Under the pieces are notes generated by a model. The model was not told the DNA's origin and made no database searches. It saw only the letters and a list, made by a program, of their open reading frames with translations. A program made the translations under genes and the position numbers. Of a stretch of 64,000 nucleotides of DNA, positions 27,578 through 40,825 are shown piece by piece (the first letter of the stretch is position 1; each line of letters begins with the position of its first letter). The stretch lies in assembly GCF_009914755.1 (NCBI RefSeq), contig NC_060929.1, one strand, 5' to 3'. This DNA comes from the human T2T-CHM13v2.0 reference genome, Homo sapiens.

Positions 27578-27995
27578 TAGTAATGTGTCACGTGATGATG
27601 TTTTGGTTAATGACAGACCGCATATACAACAGTGGTCTCATGAGATTATAATACAGCTGAAAAGTCCCTATCATCTAGTGACATCATGCTGTCATACATT
27701 GTAGCGCAAAACATTACCTTTTCTATGTTTCCATATGTTTAGATACACAAATCCTTACCATTGTGTTACAGTTGCTTATAGTATTCAGTACAGTAACACA
27801 CTGTATAGGTTTGTAGCCTAGGAGCAGTATGCTATACCATATAGCCTAGGTGTGTAGTAGGCTATCCCATCTAGGTTTGTGCAAGTATACTCTATGATGA
27901 AGTATACTCTATGATGTGCAAGTATACTCTATGATGAAATCGCTTAATGGCACATTTCTTAGAAAATATCCTCATTGTTAAGAGATGCATGCTTG
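27578..27995 (-). mobile_element. Tigger3-family DNA transposon inserted in an L2 relic
   Basis: Reverse complement of the element at 134-478 (TATACCATATAGCCTAGGTGTGTAGTAGGCTAT). TA dinucleotides flank both ends. Contains a 17-bp triplication at 27883-27936. Confidence 0.82.
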
Positions 27996-29768
27996 TATTT
28001 CTCTGAGCTTCGTATTTGAGCAACATCAAATGATTGTTAGTTTCCTGCTATGCTGAACTATTTCTTCTCTCTGTACCTTTGATCATGCCAAAATCCTTCT
28101 TCCTTTACAAGTCTGCCTGACCCTCATCCATACTTTAAGACACAGATCCAATTACTTTCTCCCAATATGTGCACATTCTCTGACTGTGTTAATAAAATAT
28201 ACAATTTCCTTACCTTCTCCTCCACTGGAGTGTCATCAGGGTCTGTTTTCTTGTGTCTGTAGCACAGGGATTGGCACATATTAGATACCTTTCAAATCAA
28301 TAACAAATGAATAAATAGGCAGGATAACAAGGTGAGAAGAATGTTTCCAGGGGAAAGGTTCAAAATGGGGAAAGAGGAGAGAAGTCAAAACATGGGGACA
28401 GAGAAACAAATACAGCACACGTACTAATTGCTTTGAAGCTAGGATGAGTTGTGGACTAAAACAAATGCAGGCTAAATACATAAGAAAAATATAAGCCATT
28501 CCACATAGTTTCTTTGTAATTATTTTTGGGGAAAAATGAAAAATATGAGTTTGTATATTGCGTTTTAAGGTGATCTGGGCATTTGTATGACCCTTGAGCA
28601 AAACAAGTATTCATAGGAATGTACACCTAATTTTTTTCCCTGTCACAATTTATAGCCTTAACTTTTAATGATAGCCTCTGCACTTGGATCTGCAGACATT
28701 CAAAACAATGTGCTTGGGCATTTTAATGTGCAGAAAAAATATGTAATGACATGTATACAATGGATGAATTTTTAAGTCTTTTCTACACTTACGTAGCATG
28801 ATGTAGTCACATTAGCTCATTACCATGGTGATAAATAGTTGGTGATGCTATCCCTAAAATTTCCTGCACAAAGCCAATAAAAATATCCACAATAACTATT
28901 TATTGTTGGTTATGCCTGGGATGCTTGCATTTCACATGCTAAGCACTTTACATGCATAATTTTAACTAATCACAATAGCTCTATGATACAAATTAGGAAT
29001 CTCAGGCACAAGGCCACTCAGCAGCAGAGAAAGGATTCTGACTCCAGTGACTATGCCCTTTATCATCACACTATGCATTTGCTCTAATTTATTCATTCCT
29101 TATGTCTTATGTTCCGATGATTTTAATCCACAGAACATACCTTCTGTGGGATCTGCACACCTACTGGAAATAGCATGGTCTGTTCAATTCCAACCCTCCA
29201 GCTGACTGTGTAAGACAGTTCCTAGTTTCAAGCTCAGGCTCAAAGTGTAGCCTCTTTTATGAGATTTCTGGCAGCAAGCTGGTGAAAGAAAGAATTCAAA
29301 ATCATTTCTTTTGTTGAGAGAGACACATCAAGTAGCTGGGAGGAGGTGAGGCTGCCTGTCTGACAGAGTTCCATTCAGCCTGTAGTCTACTCTCTTGGAG
29401 GGCAGCACTGAAGTCTTCCCATAATTGCCTGCCTAGAGGGTGGAACATGGGATGTGCAATGTCACAGCAAATGAAGGCATGCTGAACCCAATACTGCACA
29501 TCAGGGAGATGGCTCAGGGATTAGTGAGGCACCCTTACCCATTTTCTCATTTTGTTTGATTCAAAGAAATACTGCTTACAATATACAATAATAACCTATG
29601 GCTTAAAGTGCTTTCTTCTGACAGCACATATTAGCACATGATTAGAGTTGAAAACTGAGAAACCAATCCTTCTTCAGCTGTGACCTACAGTGTGAAATGC
29701 AGTTGGATAACCTTCCTGAGGACCTACCAGAAAGCAAGAATGCACTGTATTAAGTACCTATTAGAAGT

Positions 29769-29825
29769 TCAGTGTGAATTTTTATGATTTGGATATCAGT
29801 GTGAATTTTTATGATTTGGGTATCA
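29769..29825. repeat. Tandem duplication, 27 bp unit x2 (one mismatch)
   Basis: TCAGTGTGAATTTTTATGATTTGG(A/G)TA occurs twice. Confidence 0.9.
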
Positions 29826-31119
29826 AGAACAAAGTTTCAGCTTAACATAAGCGAAACAATGAGCCATGCACAAGACAAGATAATGCCTTTCAGTGCTTAA
29901 ATGGCTGGCAGAAACTATAGCTATCGAGACCATAATGAGATGAATGATGGCTGGAATGGTCAGGCACAGTGAGCATTTGCTCTTCCTTTCCACAGTCTCC
30001 TCATTTTACCTCTTCTGACATGATGCAGGTTTTGCTCTGAGAAATCATGCATCTCCCCTGTCAGGCCATTTAGTTTGGTTGATGACTAAGACAGAAATGT
30101 GTCCACAATTGAATTAGGGCCAATGAGGATATCTTAAAAAATATTCCTAGGTTTCCTGTAGTTGAAGACTCACTTATACAAGGACTTTTCAATTAGGTGA
30201 AACAATATATTATCTTTTTCTTAAGCCACTTGGCACTGGGTTGCTTGCTACTTGCAACCAAAAGTTTTCTCACTTGGATTCTTTTGTTTCTATGTAGGGT
30301 GCCATAGACTTCTGCTTCACAATAGGGCACAGTAGGCGCTGGCAAGTAATGCTCCTACTACAATAGCTAGAAGCAGGTAAATTACAAAAATCACATTTTT
30401 CGCTGCATGAGAGAGCAGTGCAAGTAACAGAGTTGAGATAAACTAATTCCTTAGAGAGGAGAAGTGAGTTGACTACCTCCAGCCATTTTTCAACCTGGGC
30501 CATCTGCCAATTTTTGGTGTGACCCAAGGGCTAGTTGAGCTGAAGCAGCAGGACTCTGCTGGTGGCAGGAGGAACCATCAAAGCTTTAAGCAGTCAACTA
30601 GGACTAGTGTGGCAAATTGGAAACTTGAGACTCAAATGCTTGTTTTCCTCAAGGAACATTTGCTGGAGTTCCAGAGGGGCTAAACCAGAAGCTTCTAAAT
30701 GCAGAATAAAATATTCAGAGTCTGTTGGTGTTTGAGAAGAAAGATCTGCCAATAAGGGAGCTAGCATCAAGAGCGTCACCTGTCAGCAACTCAAGACGTT
30801 TGTTAGCAGGCTTGAGTCATTTACTGAAACTTAAAAATAGCAGAGATGGAAAAAAGTGTACTTGTCTGGGGCTCAGCAGACAGAGACTTAGCAGGGTTCT
30901 AATGAACAATCAAGGAGGCTAATTCCTTTGAAGCAGTGAAATCAGAAATGGACTAAATATTACAAATATTGCAATCTAGTTTTGTCTCAAATTAATTTCT
31001 AACTCAATTGAGATGATAATTTCTTTATGATATTCACTTAAATGTGGTGAGAACATTGGAGATAAAATGATTGGGACCATGTATGGTTCTTTTATTCATT
31101 GTATTTGGCATACGATAAA

Positions 31120-33765
31120 AAATTAGTAGACCTGTGAAGAGGGAAGATGGAAGAAGGTAGAAAATAGATGTTAAATCACAAATCTAGGTAAAAGAATTAT
31201 CAGGTGAAGTATTTAGAATAACTATAAATAATATGTTAAAGAATCGTAGGAAAGGACCAAACAGATGAAAGGATATCTATAAAAATCGAATAAAGAACTA
31301 AGAAATATACAATTTTTAAAACTGAAAATTAAATGTTTGGGCTTACCAGTAGCAGCCTGGATGTAATAGAACACAGAATTAGTTCAGAACAGGTCAGTAG
31401 AAAACATACAAAATGACACAAATATGGGCACATCATAATAAATTTGGTAAAAATAAAGAAAAGGAAAATAATCTTAAAAGCAGAGAAACAGTCACCTTGC
31501 CTTCAAATAAAGTGAAATGAAATTCTTAGCCAACTTCCTTACAAACACAATAAAAGCCAAATAGTAGTAGAATAATATCTTTAAAGCGTTGAATAAAAAT
31601 AACTGCAAAATTAGAATTACATACCCTGCAAGAATATCTTACAACATAACTGGAATGTTTTCACACAAAGGCTAAGAGAACTTTTTTCCAGTAAGTCTGC
31701 AGTAAAAGGAAACCTAAGTAGAATTCATCAGCCAGGGGAAGATGATCACAGATAGAAACAAAAGCAAGAAGGAATGAAAAAGACCAGAAAGAATGAAGAA
31801 TAAATAAATCACAAATACATAGAGATACACAGATATAGATATGAACCTTGATAATATATTTATATATCAACATTGCTTCTACAAAACAACAATTTTGTCT
31901 GTGGAGTTTAATTTATATGTAGAACTAAAATGACTAAATAACTAAAACAATAAAAGGAATATAAAGTCCTAAGGTACTATAAAATGGTATATGTAATAAC
32001 CTGTGTTGGACTATGTAATTCAAGGGTGTGTTTGTAATATTTATGGATGCTGCTAACAGAATATTATAAGAATATGTTTAATGCATAATAGAAAATATAG
32101 AGAATAAACACATGATTTAACCAAAGTAAATTAACAAAAGAAGAAAAGGAACCAATAGGAAAAAGTGGGAAATGAGTAAGATGGAAAATATAAACCAAGC
32201 TAGTGTTAGAAATTAAATATAAATGGAATAAATTCTCCAATGAAAATCTAAGATATTGAGACTGAATAATAATTAAAAACCCTTTTATGCTGCTGACCAG
32301 AGACACACATTACTTACAAGGCCATAGTAAGTTTTAAAGTAAGAGGTCAGAAACATATGTTACTTTACAAACACTGATCAAAAGAAAATATCTGTATTAA
32401 GAGACAAAGTGACAATATTAGTAAGAAGCAGGGATATTGTATAATAAGGTTAATCCAGGAAAGATATCCTCATTTTTCATTTGTATAGAGCTAATATCTT
32501 AGCTTTAAATTAGATGAAACACACAAACAAAAAACAGAGCTAAAATCACATGTGAAAATTCCTACAATTAAAGCTGATTTTAAAAGCTGACAAAAACTAA
32601 GTAATAGTATAGATGATCTGAACAACAAAATTAATTAACATGACCTTACTGACATATATAGAACACTTTATAAAATTTAAATTACTGTCATGTGCACATG
32701 ATAAAATCGATTATATGTTGTGCCAAAAAAAGCCTCAAAATTTTCAAAAGGTTAAAATTATTGTTTTATTCATACATTGGAATTTAGTTAAAAATCGCTA
32801 ACATGCACATATTCAAGAAAATCTCAAGCTCATTGAAATTAAACAAAAAACTTTTAAGTAACCCATGGGTAAAACATGCAATCAAAAGGGAAATTAGAAA
32901 ATAATTTAGAAAATATTTTTAATGGAATGACAAAAGATATTAGCATATCAAAACTTTTAAAATGAATCTCAGTGCTTACAGGAAAATTATTAGCTTAAAT
33001 GCATTTAAACAAAATAAAAAAGGTAAAAATAAATATTTTAAGCTTTCATTTCAAGAAGCTGGAAAATAAAGAGCAAATAAAAAATTGTATAAAATAGAAA
33101 ACAAGAAATTATAAAGGTAAGGGCACAATTAAATGATACAGAAAGATGATTTAGTAAAATAAATATTTTACACAGAGAAAGAGTGAGGGAGAGAGGAAAG
33201 TGTCAGTACAGATTTTATTTTACAGATAAAGAAGATGTTATGGACTTTCAGCAAATAAACTTGATAATTCAAATTAAATGGACAATTTCTATGAAAAAAT
33301 ACCACATAACCCAAACTGACAAAAGTAGAAATTAAAAATCCAAATAACCTTTTATCTGCTAAGGAAAGAAATCTGGTATTAAAAATTCCTTTTCAAAGAA
33401 AACTTTAGACTCACATTACTTTATTAGTGGGTTATTCTATTCACTCCAAAAAAAAATAACACTCAACTTGGACAAACTCTTCCCAAGAAAATATAATGAA
33501 GGATCAATTTCTAATACTTTTTATGGGGTCAGCTTACTTGATTTCAACTCTTAAGAGAGAAAAACTACAGACCTATTTCTGTCATGAACATGGATGCAAA
33601 AATCTTTAACCGAAATTAGCAAATTCAATCTAGTAATATATTTAAAAAACACAATACTTTACAATCACATGCAGCTTATCCCAGATATGTAGGGTTTGTT
33701 TACAGCTTGAAAAATCAATCTGTCTACATTAATAGAGAAAGAAAATTTACATGATTGTTTCAACC
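31120..33765 (+). mobile_element. Highly diverged L1MC/MD/ME fragment spanning ORF1 and the 5' half of ORF2
   Basis: A-rich, with L1 motifs AATATCTTTAAAGCGTTGAA, GACATATATAGAACACT, AAATGGACAATTTCT and CATGAACATGGATGCAAAAATC in collinear order. Confidence 0.7.
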
Positions 33766-34931
33766 TAAACTATACTCTGATTAAATCATGCTAAAGAGCA
33801 CTAACTCTTTAGTTAGGGATGAATGCTTCTTGACCTTGAAGCATTAACATGAAGAGGAGCTCCTGTTTCCTGCCCTACTACGCTTTCCCACTGGGGATGT
33901 TGCAGATGGAATTCCAGCATTGAGTCAGGTTCTACAAGAAGAAAACAAAGCTGGCTTTTAACTCACTGAGCCCATGATTCACATTTTTCATCAACAACAA
34001 ATTGAATTATAGTTTATCAACTTCCACATGTGCTTACAAGTATAGTCCTAACTTTAAGAGAATTTCCACTTCAAAGAAGTAGGTAACAGTTATCAATTTG
34101 ATAGTAGTTGCCCAAAATAGTAGAGGAGACTTTTTTAAAAATGAACCATATATGCTGTTAACATAAAGACTATAATTTCCCTCACTGTTGATTTATCCAA
34201 TGAAACAAATAAACAAAGAGACAATATAGCACAAACCTTAAGAAGATGAGCTTTGTCATCAAAACAGTTCCTCTTGTTTGGGTTCTTGCTTGGCTTTGCA
34301 TTAGTTGTTCTCTAACCTTTTGGATTCTCAAATCTTTTTTTGCCTTAGCTATTTTATAAGGGAGATCTGGGTCCTAGTGACCTCTATTACCTATAGTTTC
34401 TTACAAATCAGTGAAACGCCCCTCTCTACAGAAAAATCCCCCAAGTATTTTTTATCTGTAAGATGAGAATATTAAAAATAACTTACTCATTGAATTGTTA
34501 TGAAAATTTAAGAGATCATTTGAGTCAACTTTTAACACAGTGACTGGAACTTATTATGTGCTCAATATTTATTAACTGTTACATGAAGAGGATTATTATT
34601 CCCATTTTCTTTCTTGTAAATATTCAGAGAAGCATAATTCTCACCATCTCAGAAATATTGCAGATATTTTGATTTGGCTCTGGTAACCACTATTGACTTT
34701 CCCAACAAATATTTTCTTTTTTACTCTTGGGTAAGTTTGTAAATTAAAGACCCTGTCATCTTGCTGGCTTCCTTACTTAATCCAATGGCCAAGCCTTTCT
34801 AAAGCACAGTGAGATTGACCACAATAGCAAGGTTTCCCTTCTGCTTGAATCTAATTAGATTTCTAACAAATGAGAACAAAATGGAAAGGGTGTTAATTAG
34901 TTTTTATTGCTTTTCCTTGGTGGTTACAGGG

Positions 34932-34992
34932 ATAAAAGCAGGCTTTTATTTAGAATAAAAGCAGGCTTTTATTTAGAATAAAAGCAGGCTTT
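34932..34992. repeat. 23-bp tandem repeat (about 2.6 copies) whose unit contains an inverted repeat
   Basis: ATAAAAGCAGGCTTTTATTTAGA x2 plus a partial third copy. ATAAAAGC and GCTTTTAT are reverse complements. Confidence 0.95.
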
Positions 34993-35884
34993 ACATGTGG
35001 CCAGGAGCTGGGTGGATGGCAGATCACTGCGGGAGGGTTTTATAAAGGCCAGTTTCTCCATGGGCCAGAATAATCCCCAGTCTGATAAAGAGGCAAATGT
35101 AAAAGCAGTTCTGTATAGAGGAATCTGATCTTCTTTAATGAACCCCTTAGTGTGATGTTTGTTTCCTCTAATCGGCCTTATCTTTATGCTTTAATATTTA
35201 TTATGATTTATAGGCTCAGCAAATAGTAGGGTGAAATGGGCTATTTGATTACAGAGGAGAAGAAATCTTCCTGGTGACTCATGGTAGAGATTTCCCATTT
35301 CTAGAAATAGTGAGAAAATTTTTTATGAAACTCTAGTTAAATTCTAATCTTAGCTCAAGTAATGTGGTTTGAGATATTATCAAAATTTAGGGTGTATTAC
35401 CTGGTAGAAAATCTTTTTGCCCTCTTGGGCATCTGCCTGAGCTGATAGTGCTGGAAGTCTGACTTTGGAGGATATGATACCATTCATAGCGGAATGATCC
35501 CAGTAAAATAGTCCATAATTATCTGTAGGCTCTGCCAGATATTTTATAATTTCTGGGGGCAGCAGGAAGGAATGTTCCTTTCTCAGCTACATTTCCCATC
35601 CGCTGCTGCAAGAAATCCCTTCACCCAACAACACAAACCCTCATTCTAAAATAAGATGTTTAAAATGGCAAACACTCCTAACATAGGTAACATGTTGACT
35701 TACATTTAACCTAAGTTATAAATGTCTGTCTGCAGAAAACTTCTGAGACCATTTTTTAGCTATGGATGGTCTATAGGAGCTGGCAGTAAGTAGAGCACCC
35801 TCAAGGGAAGAAGACATTAGTCTGTCGTAAGGAAAATATTTATCATTTAGTTTCATCCAGTGTTAGTCTCTACATTGCCTAAAA

Positions 35885-36050
35885 TATTATTTTTCAAAGT
35901 TTTGGAGTGCTTTAAAAATTCACATTTCTGGGGCCCCATCACGCTTGATGTATGAATCAAGTCTCTGGTGGAGGTGGGCAACATACAGGAATCTGCATTT
36001 GTCTAAGTTCCCATATGATCCTTTGCACATTCAAATTTGAGAATCTCCAT
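35885..36050. mobile_element. MER5A/B-like hAT-Charlie MITE relic
   Basis: TTTCTGGGGCCCCATC...CAGGAATCTGCATTT...CACATTCAAATTTGAGAATC. Confidence 0.6.
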
Positions 36051-36827
36051 CTTGGGTTAATTAACTCTATGAGAGTCCACACATGATTGGGCACAGTCAT
36101 GTAAAAAGAGGGTACCACACAGGACTGCTAGGGTAGGCTCAATTTCTCACTCTGCTTGCCAGCTTGGGAGGGATGCCATTTAGGAGGCTAGACTTGAGCA
36201 GCCACTCTTGACTCTGCTCTTTGCATATTTATAGCTCCTAGCATGACTCAAACCAGACATCAGCCCCTTCATCATTTAAATATTTTTTTCCAGACTCTCT
36301 GCCCACCGATACTTTTTTCTTTCCAAACCATTTGACTTATTAATGCTACCCTGAAGAACATGCAGCAATTGTTTGCAACACCCAGGAAAACACACACTCC
36401 TCCCCGCAACACCACAAGCCACCATGTTAGGAATATGAGATGATTAATTCTTGCTACTCCCATTCCTATTACACAGCCTAGTGTTCATATGTCCTAATAA
36501 AAATAAGATGTCATCGTCATATCCACCCTTTCCATTATACTTGCAGGTGCAGGTGCCGTTTGTCTGTGAATCTTTTCAGTAACAGCCACGGGGTGCTGCT
36601 CCGGAGTCCAGCTCTCGTCTTTGCTTTTGTACTAGCTGGTTTGCATGCATTCAACCCTCAGTGGCCCATAGCACTGCTCTCTGAATCTTCAGTCCCAGTT
36701 CTAAAGCTTTCTCTGAAGGCCGAGAGAGAGAGAAAGAGACCCTTAGTGGCATCTCTGCCTTGCTCCCAGCTCCTTTTCTTTCCATCCCCCATCTCTCATG
36801 CTGACTTGTTATTTTTGTCTTTCTCAG

Positions 36828-36898
36828 GAGTTATGAGCTTATAGGGATCACTCCTTAGTGTATTCAAGCAGGCTTTGGAGGAGGTCACTTTAGCTGAG
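36828..36898 (+). other. Candidate 71-nt non-coding exon
   Basis: Branch-point-like CTGAC (36801-36805), pyrimidine tract and TTCTCAG|G acceptor, and GAG|GTGAGT donor. Stops in all three frames. Confidence 0.3.
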
Positions 36899-39800
36899 GT
36901 GAGTCTGGCCTTGGGAATAAGCACAAACCTTAAACACTGGTCTAAGGGGATGCCAGGCCTGTAGCATGGTCATTTCATGTCACAGGCCAACTGACTAACA
37001 GGTTGCCACTGCAGCTGCAGCCAGAGGAGCTTGGCTGGCTTCGGTAACAGTCTCCCCAGAGCCGCTGGAATCTGCAAAGTGCCTCCTCAGTGCCTCTGAT
37101 GTGAAGGAGACCATTCCACATGGGGAACCTTTATTCTTGTGCCTCATTAGGCTGTACAATAGCTGACAGATTGCACACACCAGCTGCCCCTCCCTGCCCC
37201 ATGTCCTGACAGTATAAGGGCAAGCCATAAGTGGTCTGACTCATGCAGGCTTTACAAGGCTCAGAGAAAGAGCAATGTTACAAGTCAGAAGGATGAGAGC
37301 AGGTTTCACTTTGTGCACAGACAGCATTTTAAAATGGATAAATCTCTCTTCATTATGTAGCTTTTCAAAAGGAGAGGTAAAAGGCACATGCACAGAAATG
37401 GATCTTTTGAGTTTGTATATGTGTAAAAGGACAAAGAACTATAAAAATTGTATTCCTCTCTTTTGCCAGACCAGGGATATCAGCTCTGCTCCAACCCCAT
37501 GAGGTCAGAGGCAGCAGTGTTCCGTGCCATCCCCTCCCCGACAGCCCCTCAGCCTCCCAGGACAAATTAGGGTCTCACATCACTGATGGGACACCAACCA
37601 CTTTCGGAGTTAATTAACATCCTAAACAATGGTTGGCAAGTCTGAGAGATGTCAATAACATAGCTTATTCAGTTCTAACCAATGACATTAAACAGGAATC
37701 TGAAAAGCTTTTAACTTTTCAAATATCTTCAGAACAGTGAGTAGCACAGTCGCTTTTGATATCACTGGTTCCTTAATCAGCTCCTTGACCTGAATTTTCT
37801 TCTTTTCTATATATAATGTTTCCAAAGTGATCACATGGTTTAGATAAAGTTTTATCCAAGTATGAACCAAATATACTTTTTTATTTTCATTTATTTCTGA
37901 TATTAATTTATAGTATTTGAGTTTAATTGTTGTTTTGTTTCTCATTGGCTTAAAAATTCTCCCAGTGCACATGCACACACAGGACAATTTCTATTATAGC
38001 CAAAAGCACAGAGGTAATTGAAAACACTTGATTTCTACTTTTAATTGTTCCTTGCCCCTTAGCTTGTTCTGAGCCCTGGAGGACAGAGATATCATTGAGA
38101 GTGTTTCCAGGGAGAGCAGATTTAGGATGGTCACTGAGAAAGACGAATTGAAAACATAAAAATGGAACAACAAAGAGTTCATTTTCCAGGTGAGAGATAT
38201 GGAGGTGAGGGGAGGCCTAGCTCTCAGGAAAAACATAGAGAAGAAATGACACAAAGGTCAAGAACAGGAAACGATCAAAGGGAGGAACTGAAATAAATCT
38301 ACTAAACTATTGATCTGGTGTGGACCTGCTTTAAAGAAGCAGATAGCTTTAAGGGGTGTTGAAAGTCAGGGATAGAAAGATACGTTACCTTCTTTCAAGT
38401 GCATCTGCTAGCCATAGCTGAAAAAGGATATATATACACAAAAATTAATAAGACAGTACTACCCTTTGTTCGACAAAATCTGGGCACAGCAGCCTTAGAA
38501 CAAATACATAGGAATTGTCAAAGGCTGGCAAATGATCACCATCTAGAAACAAGTACCCATTACAGGGAAACACATTAGACAAGGTGATAAGTTTCTTATT
38601 TAATGTTCTGCAGACATGCCTTAGTTTCAGGTATGGCAACTACTGCCATGTCTCCAAGACCTTTTGGACATCCTTCCTTGAAGCCCTGAAAACTGTGACT
38701 GATGATGCCAAGGTAAATAAGCAATCTGTAGCTGTCCCTAGGCCAACAGTAGAATCTCCTCAAATGGTAACAACTTAAAGGGTCTTGGATTGAAGAACAG
38801 ACTGAGAGGAATTGCCTTCTACACTAATCACAAGGCTAGACCTCTTTGGGTTAGAATGCTCGTATTATGAATGCTACACGTTAGAGATGGGTTGATCAGA
38901 GTGTGGTAGAGAAACAGGGATTGTTTTTATGGATCTGTATACATTTTGTGTATGCATTAGCAATTGGTATAGGAGTTTCTACACATTTATTGGATCTATA
39001 AATTTATGAGGAATATTGGGCTAATACTTCAGTTTTTTTAACACATTTTATGATATTTTCACTCTTACTGGAAAACAAAAAGTTTTTTGTTTTTTCCAAC
39101 TAGCATCCAAACTTTCTTCTTTGCACTGCTTAACTGTGGCCCAATACCTCTGCTTCTGATATGTCTGCTACTTCCTTTATCCCTGTGCAATGTGATTTTT
39201 ATCCTCAAAACTACTGGAGCTTCTGTCTTGAGAGTCACTAGTGTCTCCCTCTGCCTTACACATTTCTCTTTAACTGTAACATTAGACTCTGGAGAAAGTT
39301 TTTTCTTTAATCTCTATGTTGTCCTGGTTTCTATTACACAAGACTTCCTGGACTCTGCTACTGCTCTTCATGGTTCTTTTTCTGTTCCTTCTCCCCCGTC
39401 CTTGCTTTTGCTTTTTCATCTCTCTTTTCTTGGTCCTCAGCTATGGTAGCTCTTCATGATTCCTTATCTTGTCATTTCCCTTTCTCTCTATATTTTCATC
39501 TTTTGCTGAGGTCATTTATTTTTGTATCTATAATATCACTGTAAAGAAGAGGACTTCAAAATTGGAAATCAACAGCACCAATTTAATGTCTACAGTAAGG
39601 ATCTAATGTTAAGTTATAAACTTGTCAGAGCACCTTAAAGTCAACATGTATAATCCTTTCTTATTTATTTCCCCTTAAATTAGGCTCCCTCTCCTGTTTC
39701 AATTTCTGTCTTTCTAGGACTAAAGTTAGGTTGGGAAGGTCTCTGTCCTATGTGCCTTTTAGCCTATTTCCGGCTCCTGCCATTCTTTTGATGTGTTCTT

Positions 39801-40289
39801 AAAGTTGCCCTGTCCATTTTATTCCCCTTGCCACTAATTCCATCCAGGGCTTCATCTCATTTTGCCTAGTTTACTGCCAACCCTGTTCTGAACATGTGGT
39901 TAGAGGTTGTGTTTATGTGTGAGATGAGTTGTGGGGATGATTACTGACTACTCTCACCCTTACCTCTTCTTTTCCATCGTTTTCTCCTCTCTGTTTCCAT
40001 AAAACTACCTGCAGGCTGAGCCTTCAAAACTACTGTCATCGAGGCAACACTTAGATGTAATGCAGTGGAACTGGTTCCTAACAAACAGTAAAAATAAGAA
40101 AACAACAACAACAAAATGCATTTGCATATTTAGGCAATTGGTCATAGTAAGAGAGATGTGAACTTGGGGATGGCTTGGTATTTCTCAGGTTTGATAAATT
40201 AGGACAAGTCTCAACCTCTCTGTGTCCCAGTTTCCTAGTCTGTAAAATGAGCATATTAATAGGTGCTCCACTGTGTTATAGTAAGGATT

Positions 40290-40825
40290 GATCAAGATGG
40301 CCTTAATGTTTCTTTCAGCTTAAGTACCTTTTAGACCAAATTTCCTGTCTTAAGGCCCTGGCCATCTTCTTACCTTGATCCTTGATTCTTAGTCTACATG
40401 GCCTAACCACTAAGGTCCCTGTCCTCCCTTTTCTTAGATTATCTACTTTAGAAAACTATAAATATAAATTCTTTTTCTGCCACTTTGAGATGTAAGTAAT
40501 ATAAAAAGCCTCTTTTCAGTTTGACAACCCAGGACTGTTTTTCTTAAGAACCTGGGATCCATCCTTTGAAATGTAATCAATTATTAAGGAATATAGAGTC
40601 TCTAGACCCTCTCCTTGTGGGAGAGTGGGAGCCCAACTTGGGTGAGTGCCTTTTCCTTTTACTCTAAGTTGTAAAATTATCTCCTGTCATGAAGATAAAA
40701 ACTTACTTTTCCTTTAGGCAAGGTCAGTTCACAAACATAGATGGCCTGTGGTCCCCCCATCCCATGTCTTAAAAACTCTCCAGCCCTTTGATTCAATGGA
40801 TTTAAATTCATACTGAGTTCTGAAA
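40290..40825 (+). mobile_element. MER67-group ERV1 solo LTR (partial)
   Basis: CTCCCTTTTCTTAGA...ACTTTAGAAAACT...CTTTGAGATGTAA...ACAACCCAGGA...CCTGGGATCCATCCTTTGAAATGTAATCA. Confidence 0.65.

Larger units (their letters stand above)
33921..37243. promoter_or_regulatory. Candidate enhancer region with five consensus AP-1 sites (TGASTCA)
   Basis: TGAGTCA at 33921 and 34521; TGACTCA at 35275, 36244 and 37237, in mostly non-repetitive sequence. Function is inferred only. Confidence 0.35.

Noticed and set aside
34932-34992. Palindromic direct repeats as a CRISPR array or intrinsic terminator
   Set aside because: The units are contiguous with no unique spacers, there are no cas genes, and the context is eukaryotic.
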